DNA from: Candidatus Nomurabacteria bacterium
Lineage (GTDB): Bacteria; Patescibacteriota; Minisyncoccia; Phycocordibacterales; SBAW01
NCBI GenBank assembly: GCA_943356495.1
Contig: CALRFF010000001.1
Location: 193,012-257,011, forward strand
Length of the DNA stretch: 64,000 nt
Reading direction: 5' to 3'
The notes beneath the pieces were generated by a model. The model was not told where the DNA came from. It worked only from the letters and a program-made list of their open reading frames with translations, and did no database searches. Numbering within the stretch: position 1 is the stretch's first letter; the number at the start of each line of letters is the position of its first letter. Below are positions 17,466 to 27,657 of this stretch, one piece after another. The translations under genes were made by a program, and so were the position numbers.

Positions 17466-18956
17466 CTACTTTAACATATCCCACATAGTGGGGTCTGCCG
17501 CGCCGCCTAAGCTAAAGACAGCCACCCCGCGTACGCCCAAGCGGCGCGCCAAGTCGACTTTGTCTTTAATCGCGGCGGGATCGCTCCACGTAATGTAGTT
17601 AAACGGCTGAAAGGTGTTGGTTTGGCCACCCGCGTTTTGTGCAACCGAGGTAGTGGGACTTGTGTTTTCCGGCGTCTGGGTTTGGTTGGCAAAGCCGGGG
17701 CCTACGCCAAGCGCCGCGCTCGGCGGCGTGTAGGTAAACCCAAGCTCCCCCGCGCTGGTGCGCATAGGCGTTACGCCGTACTGCGCGGCAATTTGCAACG
17801 CGTAGTTAGGGTTAAACGCCCAGAGCCGTTTGTATTTGTAGCCGCCGTTTCCAAGCGGCGTCACTTCGTACTCGTAGCCGTAGTTGGCGATGCCGATAAT
17901 GATTTTGTTTTTTGCGATAGACTGCGCGGCCAACTTAACAATATTTTCGGCCCAGCCCGGGTCGGCAACCGGCGCGTAGGGCGCGGTGCGCGCACCATTA
18001 AGACGCACACTTACCGTGCCTTGGTCGTAGGTCATAATTTCGACGCGATCGCAGTATTTATTGATTGCCGCGTAGTCGTTGGCGTAGGTGGTGGCATCGG
18101 GCGGTATGGTGGCGCCGGTGCTGTACCTATCTTCGAGCGGCATGCGGGCCTCGATAGCGCAGTACACCCACTTGTTGCCCATGCGCTGGTACAAGCCCTT
18201 TAGAAAAGTGGAAAAGTAGTTTATCGTATCGGCTTTTTTAGCCTCGAAGTCGATGTCGATGCCGTCGAAGCCGTTGGCCATAACCGTTGCGGCTATCTCG
18301 TCCTCGAGCGCAATACGCGTCGTGCTGTTGCTGAGTATGCGGTGCATCGCCTCGCCGTCGCCCCACATGACGGTCGGTACCACCCGCACACCCTTGGCTT
18401 TAGCGGCGGCTATAAACGCGGGCCACACACCTTGGGAAATTTTGGCGTGGTCTATAAGTTTGCCGTCGTCGGACACGGCGTAGCTAAACGGCATCACGCT
18501 TTTTAGTTGGCTAAGATGCGGCGTGACATCGGCAGTGCCGCTGGCGGCGCGCCAGTCGGGCACCCAGCCGGAAAACTCTAACGGACCGGTGTAGGGGCCG
18601 GTAAGCGACTTGCCGGTAAGTGTGCCGGCCTGTACCGGCGGTGTTGCAGGGACCGAGTCGCCGAGCCCCAATGCCGCTTGGGTTTTGGGCCCCGCCAAGC
18701 CGTAGCTAGAGCCGGAGCAGACTATGTTTTGCTCGCATTGAAACTTTTTTACCGCGGCAAGCGTGAGGCTACCGAAGTAGCCGGTTGCGGCAGCCGAAAG
18801 ATAGCCTTTGCCGATAAGCGCCTGCTGGAGCGCGGTGACGTCTGCCCCCGACATACCGCTGGAGAGCGAGCGCGTTGCTGCGGAAACACCGGCAGGAAGC
18901 ACTAAAACGCACACAAGCAAGAATACAGAAATTAAAAAAGTCCGTCGCATACCCAT
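17466..18956 (-). CDS. Peptidoglycan-binding domain plus glycoside hydrolase family 18 (chitinase-like) protein
   Basis: Signal peptide, PG_binding_1-like repeat (LQQALIGKGYL...GYFGSLTLAAVKKFQ), GH18 catalytic motif FDGIDIDFE. Confidence 0.7.
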   Translation of the reverse strand: MGMRRTFLISVFLLVCVLVLPAGVSAATRSLSSGMSGADVTALQQALIGKGYLSAAATGYFGSLTLAAVKKFQCEQNIVCSGSSYGLAGPKTQAALGLGDSVPATPPVQAGTLTGKSLTGPYTGPLEFSGWVPDWRAASGTADVTPHLSQLKSVMPFSYAVSDDGKLIDHAKISQGVWPAFIAAAKAKGVRVVPTVMWGDGEAMHRILSNSTTRIALEDEIAATVMANGFDGIDIDFEAKKADTINYFSTFLKGLYQRMGNKWVYCAIEARMPLEDRYSTGATIPPDATTYANDYAAINKYCDRVEIMTYDQGTVSVRLNGARTAPYAPVADPGWAENIVKLAAQSIAKNKIIIGIANYGYEYEVTPLGNGGYKYKRLWAFNPNYALQIAAQYGVTPMRTSAGELGFTYTPPSAALGVGPGFANQTQTPENTSPTTSVAQNAGGQTNTFQPFNYITWSDPAAIKDKVDLARRLGVRGVAVFSLGGAADPTMWDMLK

Positions 18957-18996
18957 AGTGTAGCAGACGGACTATGAAGATACCGATTACCGGCGG

Positions 18997-19224
18997 TTAT
19001 TTACCTTGTGAGAGGCAGCGGAGGCATTTTAGCTGGCCGTGACGGGTCTTGAGATACTTGTTGCCGCACGGGCACGCGAGCACCGAGGCCTTGTTTGGGT
19101 TTTCTATCCAGTGGCCGTCTTTTTGAAACGTCTTGCCGGGGCCACGTGTCGGGGCGCGGTGCTTGGAGGCAGGAGTAATTTTGGCCGGAGCCTTGATATT
19201 AATTTTTGCGACTTTGCTGTTCAT
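18997..19224 (-). CDS. Small basic zinc-ribbon-like protein
   Basis: CPCG...CLRC cysteine pairs with a Lys-rich N-terminus. Identity uncertain. Confidence 0.3.
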   Translation of the reverse strand: MNSKVAKINIKAPAKITPASKHRAPTRGPGKTFQKDGHWIENPNKASVLACPCGNKYLKTRHGQLKCLRCLSQGK

Positions 19225-19231
19225 ATATTTT

Positions 19232-20512
19232 TTACGCCTCGATAAAGGTCAGCGCCTTGCCCGACTTGCCCGCGCGGCCGGTGCGGCCGATGCGGTGCAC
19301 GTAGTCGTCGTGGGTCGAGGGGAGGTCGTAGTTGATGACGTGCGAGACGCCGTTTATGTCCAAACCGCGGGCGGCGACATCGGTGGCCACCAACACGTTG
19401 ACATGGTCGCGCTTAAACAGGTCGAGCGCTTTTTGGCGCTTGCCCTGCGTTTTGTTGCCGTGGATACTCTCGGCCTTAAAACCTTTTTCTACCAGTTTTT
19501 TGCTTAGCTTTTCTACCCCATGTTTGGTGCGGCCGAAGATAAGCACTTTGTCGAAGCCCGGCTGGTTAAGCAGGTCGTGCAGTATGTCGAGTTTGTCGGC
19601 ACCGCGCGGCACGCGCACGACATCTTGGTCGATGGTGGCCGAGGTATCGCGAGTTTTGACGCTGATGCGCACCGGCTCGTGCAAAAACTCCCCTATCAAC
19701 TTTTCTATCTCGGGGCTAAGTGTTGCCGAGAAAAAGAGCGTATGGCGCGGAGCCGGCAGGAGTTTAAGAATCTGGCGCATGTCGGCGATAAAACCCATAT
19801 CGAGCATGCGGTCGGCCTCGTCGAGCACGGCGGTTTTAAAGTCGCTAAGGTTAAGTGCTTTGCGCTCCAAGAGGTCTTTAAGACGGCCCGGGGTGCCAAT
19901 AACAAAATGCGGCTTGCGGCGCAGCTCGGACATTTGGGGGTTGATGTTGGCGCCGCCGACGCAGACTACCGAGTAGAGCTGGAGCTGTTTGGCAAAACCC
20001 TTAAACTCGTCGTTGATTTGTACCGCGAGCTCGCGCGTGGGCACCATGATAAGTACGCGGTTGTCGCGCGCACCGCGGTTAACGAGCACCTTGTTGATAA
20101 GCGGAATAAGAAACGCGGCCGTTTTGCCGGTGCCGGTGTTAGCGATGCCTACGACATCGGCGCCGCGCAGTACGTGCGGGATAGCGCGGTCTTGTATCGG
20201 AGTCGGGTCGGTGTAGCCCTTGGCTTTGATGTTGAACTTAAGCGGATCAACCAACGCAAAGTCGCCGAACTGATGCTCGGGGATAAACTTAACCACCTCT
20301 TCGGTGATAACCGCTTTGTTTATAAATTTGCTTACGTCAGAAAAAGATTTCTGAGCAAAGCCCTGCTTTTTATTGAAGGGACCCCTACTCTGCCAAGGCT
20401 TCGTAGGGCGAGCGCGCTCACCAAAGGCTGTGCCCTTCGTAGCTTTAGCGAAGTAGGGGCGTGTTTTAGAGGAGAACCGCTTGGGTCCTGTATTGAATTT
20501 ACGTTCGGGCAT
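19232..20512 (-). CDS. DEAD-box ATP-dependent RNA helicase
   Basis: Q-motif, GTGKTAAF, DEAD, SAT and HRIGRTGRAG motifs. Confidence 0.9.
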   Translation of the reverse strand: MPERKFNTGPKRFSSKTRPYFAKATKGTAFGERARPTKPWQSRGPFNKKQGFAQKSFSDVSKFINKAVITEEVVKFIPEHQFGDFALVDPLKFNIKAKGYTDPTPIQDRAIPHVLRGADVVGIANTGTGKTAAFLIPLINKVLVNRGARDNRVLIMVPTRELAVQINDEFKGFAKQLQLYSVVCVGGANINPQMSELRRKPHFVIGTPGRLKDLLERKALNLSDFKTAVLDEADRMLDMGFIADMRQILKLLPAPRHTLFFSATLSPEIEKLIGEFLHEPVRISVKTRDTSATIDQDVVRVPRGADKLDILHDLLNQPGFDKVLIFGRTKHGVEKLSKKLVEKGFKAESIHGNKTQGKRQKALDLFKRDHVNVLVATDVAARGLDINGVSHVINYDLPSTHDDYVHRIGRTGRAGKSGKALTFIEA

Positions 20513-20560
20513 TGAGAGAATATAGTATCAAAATAACGCTATTTTGTCAAATAACGCTAT

Positions 20561-22342
20561 TTATCCGCGGTCTTTGAACGCGATTTTTATCCCCGGCTTT
20601 TTGCGCAGGCGGACACTAAGCGGCGTAACCTCAAGAAGTTCATCTTCGTTCATTACCTCGAGCCCGCGCTCGATACTAAGCTCAAAGGGCGGCACGAGGT
20701 GCATGGCCTCGTCGGTGCCGGAGGCGCGCATGTTGGTAAGCTGTTTGCCTTTGGTCGGGTTAACAAACATTTCCTCGCCCTTGGAAGTGTTGCCTATAAC
20801 CTGTCCCTCGTACACATCGATAGCGGGCGGGATGTAGAGCACGCCGCGGTCCTGCAGGTTCCACAGAGAGAAGCCGAGCACTTTGCCGCTCGACATCGAT
20901 ATCATGCTGCCTGCGGCGCGCTTTTCTATCTCGCCGGCATAGGGGCCAAAGTGCGTAAAGCGCGAGGAAAATATCCCCTCGCCTTTGGTGTCCAATATAA
21001 ATTGCGAGCGGAAGCCCAAGAGCCCGCGCGTCGGGCCTTCGAAGATAATGCGCACGGTGTCGCTATGCACGCGCATATCTTTCATGACCACTTTGCGCTT
21101 GCCCAAGCGCTCGATGATAGCGCCTTGGTATGTGGCGGGGGTGTCGATAACCACCTCTTCAAACGGCTCGAGCTTAACGCCCCCCTCTTCGTGGAAGATA
21201 ACTTGCGGTTGGGATACCTGCAGCTCGTAGCCCTCGCGGCGCATGTTCTCGAGCAAGATAGAAATATGGAGCTCACCGCGGCCGTAGACACGAAACGCCT
21301 CGGCCGATGAAAAGTCGACCTTAAGCCCGACGTTAACCTCGAGCTCGCGCTCGAGACGCTCGCGGATTTGGCGCGTAGTAACAAACTTGCCTTCGCGACC
21401 GGCAAACGGCGAGTTGTTGACCAAAAAGTTAAGCGCGATAGTCGGCTCGTCTACCGCGATAGCCGGTAGGGGCTGTGCGGACTCTTCTGCCGCAACCGTC
21501 TCGCCGATGTCGATGTCGCCAAGACCTGCGAGCATAACAATATCGCCGGCAACGGCCTGTGGTATCTCAATTTTTTCAAGTCCGCGGAAGGAAAAAAGTT
21601 TGGTTATTTTGCCCGTGCGTGTCTCGCCGGTCGGCTTTTTTACAAATACGGTTTGGCCGACGTTGATAACGCCTTCGTACACGCGGGCGACCGCCATACG
21701 GCCCAAAAAGTTGTCGTACCCGAGGTTAAACGGCTGGAGGCGCAACGGCTTTGCCTCGAGCTCCGCCGAAGATGCCGACGGTACGTGCTCTAAAATAGTC
21801 TCAAGCAGCGGCGTAAGATCTTTTGACTCGTCGGTAAGCTTTTTCTTTGCAACGCCTTCCCTGCCGATAGCGTAGACCACAGGGAAATTGCTTTGGTCGT
21901 CGTTGGCGCCGAGCTCTAAAAAGAGTTCCAGCACGGCCTCTTCGGCCATAGCGGGGTCGGCGGCGGGCTTGTCTATTTTGTTGATGATAACGATGGGTTT
22001 AAGCCCCAACTCGAGCGACTTCTTAAGTACAAAGCGCGTTTGCGGCATCGGGCCCTCTTGCGCGTCGACCACCAAAAGCACCGAGTCTATCGAGCGCAGC
22101 ACGCGCTCGACCTCGGAGCCGAAGTCGGCGTGGCCCGGCGTGTCGACGATGTTTATCTTGGTGCCCTTGTACTCGACCGAGGCGTTTTTGGCGTAAATAG
22201 TGATGCCGCGCTCTTTCTCGAGCGTGTTGGAGTCCATCGAGACCCCCTCTTCGGCGACACCGCACTGGCGCAGCAAAGCGTCGGTAAGCGTGGTCTTACC
22301 GTGGTCGACGTGCGCGATAATAGCGATGTTGCGGATATCCAT
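20561..22342 (-). CDS. typA: Translational GTPase TypA/BipA
   Basis: AHVDHGKTT G1 motif and EF-G-like domain order. 593 aa. Confidence 0.9.
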   Translation of the reverse strand: MDIRNIAIIAHVDHGKTTLTDALLRQCGVAEEGVSMDSNTLEKERGITIYAKNASVEYKGTKINIVDTPGHADFGSEVERVLRSIDSVLLVVDAQEGPMPQTRFVLKKSLELGLKPIVIINKIDKPAADPAMAEEAVLELFLELGANDDQSNFPVVYAIGREGVAKKKLTDESKDLTPLLETILEHVPSASSAELEAKPLRLQPFNLGYDNFLGRMAVARVYEGVINVGQTVFVKKPTGETRTGKITKLFSFRGLEKIEIPQAVAGDIVMLAGLGDIDIGETVAAEESAQPLPAIAVDEPTIALNFLVNNSPFAGREGKFVTTRQIRERLERELEVNVGLKVDFSSAEAFRVYGRGELHISILLENMRREGYELQVSQPQVIFHEEGGVKLEPFEEVVIDTPATYQGAIIERLGKRKVVMKDMRVHSDTVRIIFEGPTRGLLGFRSQFILDTKGEGIFSSRFTHFGPYAGEIEKRAAGSMISMSSGKVLGFSLWNLQDRGVLYIPPAIDVYEGQVIGNTSKGEEMFVNPTKGKQLTNMRASGTDEAMHLVPPFELSIERGLEVMNEDELLEVTPLSVRLRKKPGIKIAFKDRG

Positions 22343-22407
22343 ACAATGAAAAAGGCGGGCGATTCCCGCGATACTTCTACCATACCACGTTAAAGCGGTT
22401 TATTCAA

Positions 22408-22785
22408 TTAATCGCCCCAGTTGTAGGGAGCCAAGTTCGGGTTAAACGGTTGGTGGCAGTTGCCGCTCTTGTTGTCGAAGTTGCGTGTGACGGTTGCACC
22501 CTCGCCGCGCAGAGTCAGTGTCCAGTCGGCGTCTCCGTATACTGCGCCTGAGGTCGAGGTTGTCAGCGGCAACTGCTGCACGATTTCGCCATCGACATCG
22601 ATAAGTACTGAGCCGGCAGTAAAGTGCGCAACAAAGTACGAAGTGTCGTCGCAGATAAAAGACACTTGGTGCGTCTCGCCCTCTACCGTGGCCACCGGCG
22701 GTGCAAACAGATTTTTATAAAAGAAGGCCGCGCCAACCGCCACTACCAGTACCGCAACCACTGCGTATGCCTGCCACGTTTTCAT
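22408..22785 (-). CDS. MliC-family (lysozyme inhibitor-like) secreted protein
   Basis: Signal anchor, conserved Cys pair, MliC-like length. Confidence 0.45.
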   Translation of the reverse strand: MKTWQAYAVVAVLVVAVGAAFFYKNLFAPPVATVEGETHQVSFICDDTSYFVAHFTAGSVLIDVDGEIVQQLPLTTSTSGAVYGDADWTLTLRGEGATVTRNFDNKSGNCHQPFNPNLAPYNWGD

Positions 22786-22805
22786 GCTGTATATACTACC
22801 CTACC

Positions 22806-23486
22806 TTAGCGGTGATGTTTAGTGTCGGAGAGTATCTTGCCGTCGTCGAGTCGCACCAGCCGCTCGGCCTCTTTGGCGTACTCCTCTTCGTGCGTAACCA
22901 TAATAATGGTCTGCCCCGCTTTGTGAAGCTTTTTAAAAATATCTATGATGGCGCGCGAAGACTCGTTGTCGAGGTTGGCGGTCGGCTCGTCGGCAAACAA
23001 AATTGTAGGTTTGTGCGCAATAGCGCGCGAGATAGACACCCGCTGTTGTTCGCCGCCGGAGAGTTGGCTGGGTAAGTTGTGCAAGCGGTGCCCCAGCGAC
23101 ACGCTCTGCAGTGCCTCGGTTGCCTGCGCATAGGCCTTTTTGCGCGAATGCCCTTGCATAAGCAACGGTAGTGCCACATTTTCGAGCGCAGTAAGTTCCG
23201 GCAACAACGCATAGTCTTGAAACACATACCCGAACCGATTGAGTCTAAAGCGCATGCGCGCGTCCTGCGACATAGTGTGCGTGTCGTGCCCGTCGATGAT
23301 TATTTTGCCGCCGGTCGGTTCGTCGAGCAAAGACATTTGGTACAAAAAAGTCGACTTGCCCGCGCCGGAGCGACCTATAATAGAGACAAACTGCCCGTCG
23401 GGCACCAGAAAGTCGATGCCTTTGAGCACCTGCGTTTGGATGTCACCGTTTTGGAACGAACGGGTCAGTTGTTTTGTTTCTATCAT
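22806..23486 (-). CDS. ABC transporter ATP-binding protein (MacB/LolD-like)
   Basis: Walker A (GRSGAGKST), signature (LSGGEQQRV), Walker B. Confidence 0.85.
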   Translation of the reverse strand: MIETKQLTRSFQNGDIQTQVLKGIDFLVPDGQFVSIIGRSGAGKSTFLYQMSLLDEPTGGKIIIDGHDTHTMSQDARMRFRLNRFGYVFQDYALLPELTALENVALPLLMQGHSRKKAYAQATEALQSVSLGHRLHNLPSQLSGGEQQRVSISRAIAHKPTILFADEPTANLDNESSRAIIDIFKKLHKAGQTIIMVTHEEEYAKEAERLVRLDDGKILSDTKHHR

Positions 23487-23487
23487 A

Positions 23488-24735
23488 TTAGTTTCGGCCC
23501 AAGATCGAGTCGAGGGTATTTTTGCGGATGATCATCCATGCCGGTATGTAGCCCGCGATAACGGTCGATACCACCAACAGCCCCACGCGGAACATAGTTT
23601 GCCCAAACGGCGCCACCAATATGCCGTCGCTAAAGGGAAAGTCGATAGGATGCGCCTCAAACGAGGGCACCAAAAAGCCGTACACCAGCGCAAGCCCGAG
23701 TGCCGAGCCCACCAGCGCGTAAAACACGGACTGAAATATGTAGGACACCTCGACGGCACGACCGTTGATGCCTATGCCTTTAAGTATGCCTATAAACTTG
23801 CGGCGGGTAATCGCGTTGATAAACACGACGATAAATATCGTAATAGAGGCGACCACTAGACCAATAGAAGAAAACGCGGCACCCAGCATGTTAAAGGTAG
23901 AGATAATGTCTTTAAGGAATTTCGGCTGGGCGTCCTCGTAGGTTTGTACTTTGGCCACCTCGCCTACCCCGCGCAACAAGAGCGCGTCGCGCAGTGCAGC
24001 GGCATCGACGCCCTCTGCAACTTTAATTGCTATCTCGTCGACGTTGCCGTCGTTGCGCCCGACAAGGCTGCGCATTTGCGAGTCGACCAAGTAGGCGCGC
24101 ATGGCGACCTCGTCTACTTTGCTTTTAAGTATCCCCTTAACCGTGACCTCGCGCGTTACCTCGCCGAGCGTGATGCGGATTTTGGTACCCACCGCAACGT
24201 TTTCGAGTGTGGTAAAGCCCGGTGTTTCTACGGGGAAATATTGTTTAAGTAAATACCCGCCGACCACCACCTTGTCGTAGTCGCCCGCGGTCAAAAACTC
24301 GCCCTCGACAAGCCCCGAAGAAATGCCGGTTACCGAGTCTTCCATCACGGGGTTGATACCCACCACCACCGCATTGGCGGTGTTGGGTTTGTCGGTGTCT
24401 CTGCGGGTGCGGTAGTTGGCCTCGAGTTGCCCTGCCTCGCGGTAGCGCGCGGTGTAGGCGGCGACTTCGGGCAACGACTCGATAAGTGCGACAATGTTGG
24501 GGCTGTTTTCTATGTATTGTTTGTCGTTGAGGGTAGAGACTATGACATCGCTGGTGTACTGGGTGCGCACCGCGTTGATAGCGCCCTGCATAAGCCCCAC
24601 CAATACGCCCGAAAGTACGACAAGGTTAAGAAAGGTCAGGATCATGACCCCGATGATGAGGCCCGTGGTCCAAAGGCTGGCGCGGCGCAGTGCCCGCACC
24701 GCCAAAAAAAAGCCGATCTTAACGTTGAGCGGCAT
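23488..24735 (-). CDS. ABC transporter permease, FtsX/MacB-like
   Basis: N-terminal TM helix, large periplasmic domain, C-terminal four-TM FtsX domain. Confidence 0.8.
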   Translation of the reverse strand: MPLNVKIGFFLAVRALRRASLWTTGLIIGVMILTFLNLVVLSGVLVGLMQGAINAVRTQYTSDVIVSTLNDKQYIENSPNIVALIESLPEVAAYTARYREAGQLEANYRTRRDTDKPNTANAVVVGINPVMEDSVTGISSGLVEGEFLTAGDYDKVVVGGYLLKQYFPVETPGFTTLENVAVGTKIRITLGEVTREVTVKGILKSKVDEVAMRAYLVDSQMRSLVGRNDGNVDEIAIKVAEGVDAAALRDALLLRGVGEVAKVQTYEDAQPKFLKDIISTFNMLGAAFSSIGLVVASITIFIVVFINAITRRKFIGILKGIGINGRAVEVSYIFQSVFYALVGSALGLALVYGFLVPSFEAHPIDFPFSDGILVAPFGQTMFRVGLLVVSTVIAGYIPAWMIIRKNTLDSILGRN

Positions 24736-24737
24736 GG

Positions 24738-26279
24738 TTACGGCAAGGTGGCGACCACAACGTCGCCGGCCGCAAGGCCCGCAAGCACTTCGACCTCGCC
24801 GAGCGACGAAACCCCGCCGAGCGTTACTTGGCGCTCCTGCTGTAGCCCCCCGACCATAATGCGCACATAGTTTTTGCCGTCGCGTCGCGTCACCACGCCC
24901 TGCGGCACCGAAAGCACGCTTTCTTTAACATCGGTGACGATAACCACGTTGGCTGTCATGCCGGATTTAATACGCGCGTCGCCTTTGCTGAACTGCAGCA
25001 CCGCGCGGTAGGTCGAGACGCCGTCGCGCACCGTGTCGGCGGGGTCTATCGACACGATAGTTGCCTCGAACACTACGTTGTCGCCGTAGGCATCGAGTGT
25101 TACCGAGGCTTTGTCGCCGAGCGTAAGCAGCGACACATTAATTTCCGGTACATAGGACTCTATCTGGAAGGTCCCGTCGCTTATCATCGAAATTTCCGGC
25201 GTGTTGGGCGAAACGATTTTGCCCACCTTGGCGTCTACCACCGTAACCGTGCCGCTAAAGGGCGCAGTGATATAGGTCTTGTACAGCTCGGCCTGCGCGG
25301 CCGCAACATCGGCCGCAGCCGCCTTAACCTGCGCTTCCTGCGCGGCAATGTCTTGCGGGGTTGACCCCGCTTTTTTAAGCGCGAGCGTGCGTACGCTGTC
25401 GTCGAGCGATGCTTTGGCGGCGTTGACCGCCGAAACCGCAGCGTTAAGGTTGGTGCGCGCCGTACCCACAGCCGCAATATATGTGTCGATGTTTGTCTGC
25501 GTAGCCGAAGCGGACGGGACCGCGCGGTTAAGCGCGGCGTTGGCGTCGGAAAGGAGGCTCACGGTTGCCGCTAAATTAGTTTGGCCTTGCGTAAGTGCGG
25601 CAGAGAGGTCGGCGGAAGCGTTGAGCGAAAGGACGCTCCCCCATGAGGCAAGACGTGTTTCGGCTTCGAGCCGACCCGCCTCTACTTTGTTTTTTATACT
25701 GGTGTCGTTTACAAACGGGATCATCGACGGACTGGTGCGCCCGTTGCTTATAAACTGGTCGAGTGTGTTGTGTACCGCGGCATCGGCGGTGCGGTAGGCG
25801 TCCTGCAACGCATCAACAAGACCGGAACGGTCGCTGTTGACCGTTGCTTCGGCGATAGCGATCTCTTCGGGGCGGGTGCCTGCGGTAAGTGCCGCAAGTT
25901 TTGCCTGCTGCGTTTCGAGTGCGGCTTCTTTTTGCAATACGGCAGCGCGACGGTCGCTGTTTTCGATTGCCGCCAAGGTGGTGCCCTGCGATACACGGCG
26001 TCCCACCGTAGCGTATACCGCGGACACGCGCCCGCCCTGAGAAAAGCCGAGGTCGACCTCTTGTGCGGGAGTTACTTTGCCGGAGACGGACACCTCTTGT
26101 ACAAAAGGTTTCGGCTCGAGCAAAATAGTTGCCTGTACTACGGGTGCGGGCTTAAACAACCACCAACCGGCAAGCACGACGACAGCCGCGCCCAAGAAGT
26201 AGTACAAACGCGGGCCGCGAAGCGTCTTTATAAACCCGAAATACCTATTGAGATGCTTCATATAAAAGCAGTATAACAC
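24738..26279 (-). CDS. HlyD-family periplasmic adaptor (membrane fusion protein) with long coiled-coil
   Basis: N-terminal TM segment, biotinyl/lipoyl-like hairpin, extended Ala-rich coiled-coil, C-terminal beta-barrel. Forms an operon with the ABC pair. Confidence 0.75.
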   Translation of the reverse strand: MLYCFYMKHLNRYFGFIKTLRGPRLYYFLGAAVVVLAGWWLFKPAPVVQATILLEPKPFVQEVSVSGKVTPAQEVDLGFSQGGRVSAVYATVGRRVSQGTTLAAIENSDRRAAVLQKEAALETQQAKLAALTAGTRPEEIAIAEATVNSDRSGLVDALQDAYRTADAAVHNTLDQFISNGRTSPSMIPFVNDTSIKNKVEAGRLEAETRLASWGSVLSLNASADLSAALTQGQTNLAATVSLLSDANAALNRAVPSASATQTNIDTYIAAVGTARTNLNAAVSAVNAAKASLDDSVRTLALKKAGSTPQDIAAQEAQVKAAAADVAAAQAELYKTYITAPFSGTVTVVDAKVGKIVSPNTPEISMISDGTFQIESYVPEINVSLLTLGDKASVTLDAYGDNVVFEATIVSIDPADTVRDGVSTYRAVLQFSKGDARIKSGMTANVVIVTDVKESVLSVPQGVVTRRDGKNYVRIMVGGLQQERQVTLGGVSSLGEVEVLAGLAAGDVVVATLP

Positions 26280-26314
26280 CGCTTCATTTTTTGTTCACGG
26301 AGGTAAAGTTGCCG

Positions 26315-26536
26315 TTAGATCATCTCTCCTTTTCGCTCCAACATCATGTGATGGACCGTTGCTATTTGCATCCAGATTGCAATAAGAATAAGAATTGCCG
26401 TGCAAGCGAGCGCATCCATTTTTGTAATGCCAAACACAAGGTCATCGCTCCCACCCATAAGGCTGCCAATAAAGGAGATCACCCCAACAAACCCGACAAT
26501 AACACTTCCTACATGCATGAGTTTTGATAGTTTCAT
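26315..26536 (-). CDS. Small membrane protein
   Basis: Two TM helices. 73 aa. Confidence 0.35.
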   Translation of the reverse strand: MKLSKLMHVGSVIVGFVGVISFIGSLMGGSDDLVFGITKMDALACTAILILIAIWMQIATVHHMMLERKGEMI

Positions 26537-26566
26537 ATATTTTATTTATTAAACACACCTAATACC

Positions 26567-27214
26567 CTAACCTGTTTCGATCAGCCTTACGGCAACAGAT
26601 TTTCTTTTGAAGTACCAGAATACCAGTACGCTCAGGATTGCAGCGAAGAAACACCAGACAGAAAAGAATGTCTCGGTATAGAACCAAGCTGCGATGGCAA
26701 AAGAAATTAACAGAACGCTCCCGAATACATTTACTATTTTATTGCTTGAAAAGAGACAGCTTCCGCATGTAGCAAGCAAATAAAGGGCAATTGTTGGAAT
26801 TACATAAAAGTGTGGGGAGTGATAGGCAATACTCTGATTCACGATGTGCGCAGTAACCGGATCGACAATAATGAAGTATAAAAGATATAGCCCCACCGCC
26901 AGACCGACGAACGAGAACAGTTGAAGGATCTTTTTCCGGGTTGGATCTGTCTCAATCAACAAAACAGAGACCGGGACGAAGACCGGCCATAGTACATGGG
27001 AGAACATCGAAAATGCGTACGTGGCTATGGTATTTAGAATTGGAGAACCAAAAGAAACCCATACCGCTCCTTCAATAGCTTGTTGGATTCCGAACAAAAG
27101 CGGAATGCTGGCAAACGGGAGCTCAGATTTTTTCTTTACCTGTGCAATCGTCAAACCTCCCGCCACACCGAGCGCGCCTCCTGCTGCAAAACTTGCTGCC
27201 GCTGAAAAACACAT
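26567..27214 (-). CDS. Polytopic membrane protein (hypothetical)
   Basis: About six TM helices. No known domain. Confidence 0.4.
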   Translation of the reverse strand: MCFSAAASFAAGGALGVAGGLTIAQVKKKSELPFASIPLLFGIQQAIEGAVWVSFGSPILNTIATYAFSMFSHVLWPVFVPVSVLLIETDPTRKKILQLFSFVGLAVGLYLLYFIIVDPVTAHIVNQSIAYHSPHFYVIPTIALYLLATCGSCLFSSNKIVNVFGSVLLISFAIAAWFYTETFFSVWCFFAAILSVLVFWYFKRKSVAVRLIETG

Positions 27215-27265
27215 AATTATTGTATAGACATATGATATTTTTATTTACTGATACCATTGCTTATA

Positions 27266-27655
27266 TCAACCTTGGAAGTCGATCTGGAACGGATACATGC
27301 CCATCCCGCAAGTACCCTCCAAAACAGACACTTTTGGGCTACCCAGATCTATATCAGTCGTACCGGAGGGAGGAAGATTCTGAGAGATGCCCAAAGAAGG
27401 GACGCGCACGGCCGAAGAACAATCGAAAGTGCCGTTAGTGCTCACCCGAAGGATTGTGGGAATGTTTGCTTTGGCGGTAGTTTTTATGGGTGAATAGCCT
27501 CCTTTAGCGCTGATTTCAATTATCTGCTTTCCATCAACAATAGTAACATTCGTGCCGTCGTTCGGAGTGTCAGTTGGCACCGAGCTTTTGGTAAGGTACA
27601 AAGCACCTCCGATAATTATTATGCTGGCCAGTACCGATAGAAGAATGGATTTCAT
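27266..27655 (-). CDS. Cupredoxin-like copper-binding protein
   Basis: Signal anchor. C-terminal C...C.M.M ligand pattern (CSSAV...EGTCGMGMY) typical of cupredoxin-like domains in cop loci. Confidence 0.55.
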   Translation of the reverse strand: MKSILLSVLASIIIIGGALYLTKSSVPTDTPNDGTNVTIVDGKQIIEISAKGGYSPIKTTAKANIPTILRVSTNGTFDCSSAVRVPSLGISQNLPPSGTTDIDLGSPKVSVLEGTCGMGMYPFQIDFQG

Positions 27656-27657
27656 AG

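Noticed and set aside
19520-20515. 331-aa plus-strand ORF antisense to the DEAD-box helicase (also 19332-19976)
   Set aside because: The DEAD-box helicase on the minus strand has every canonical motif. The antisense ORF has no motifs and a low-complexity composition.
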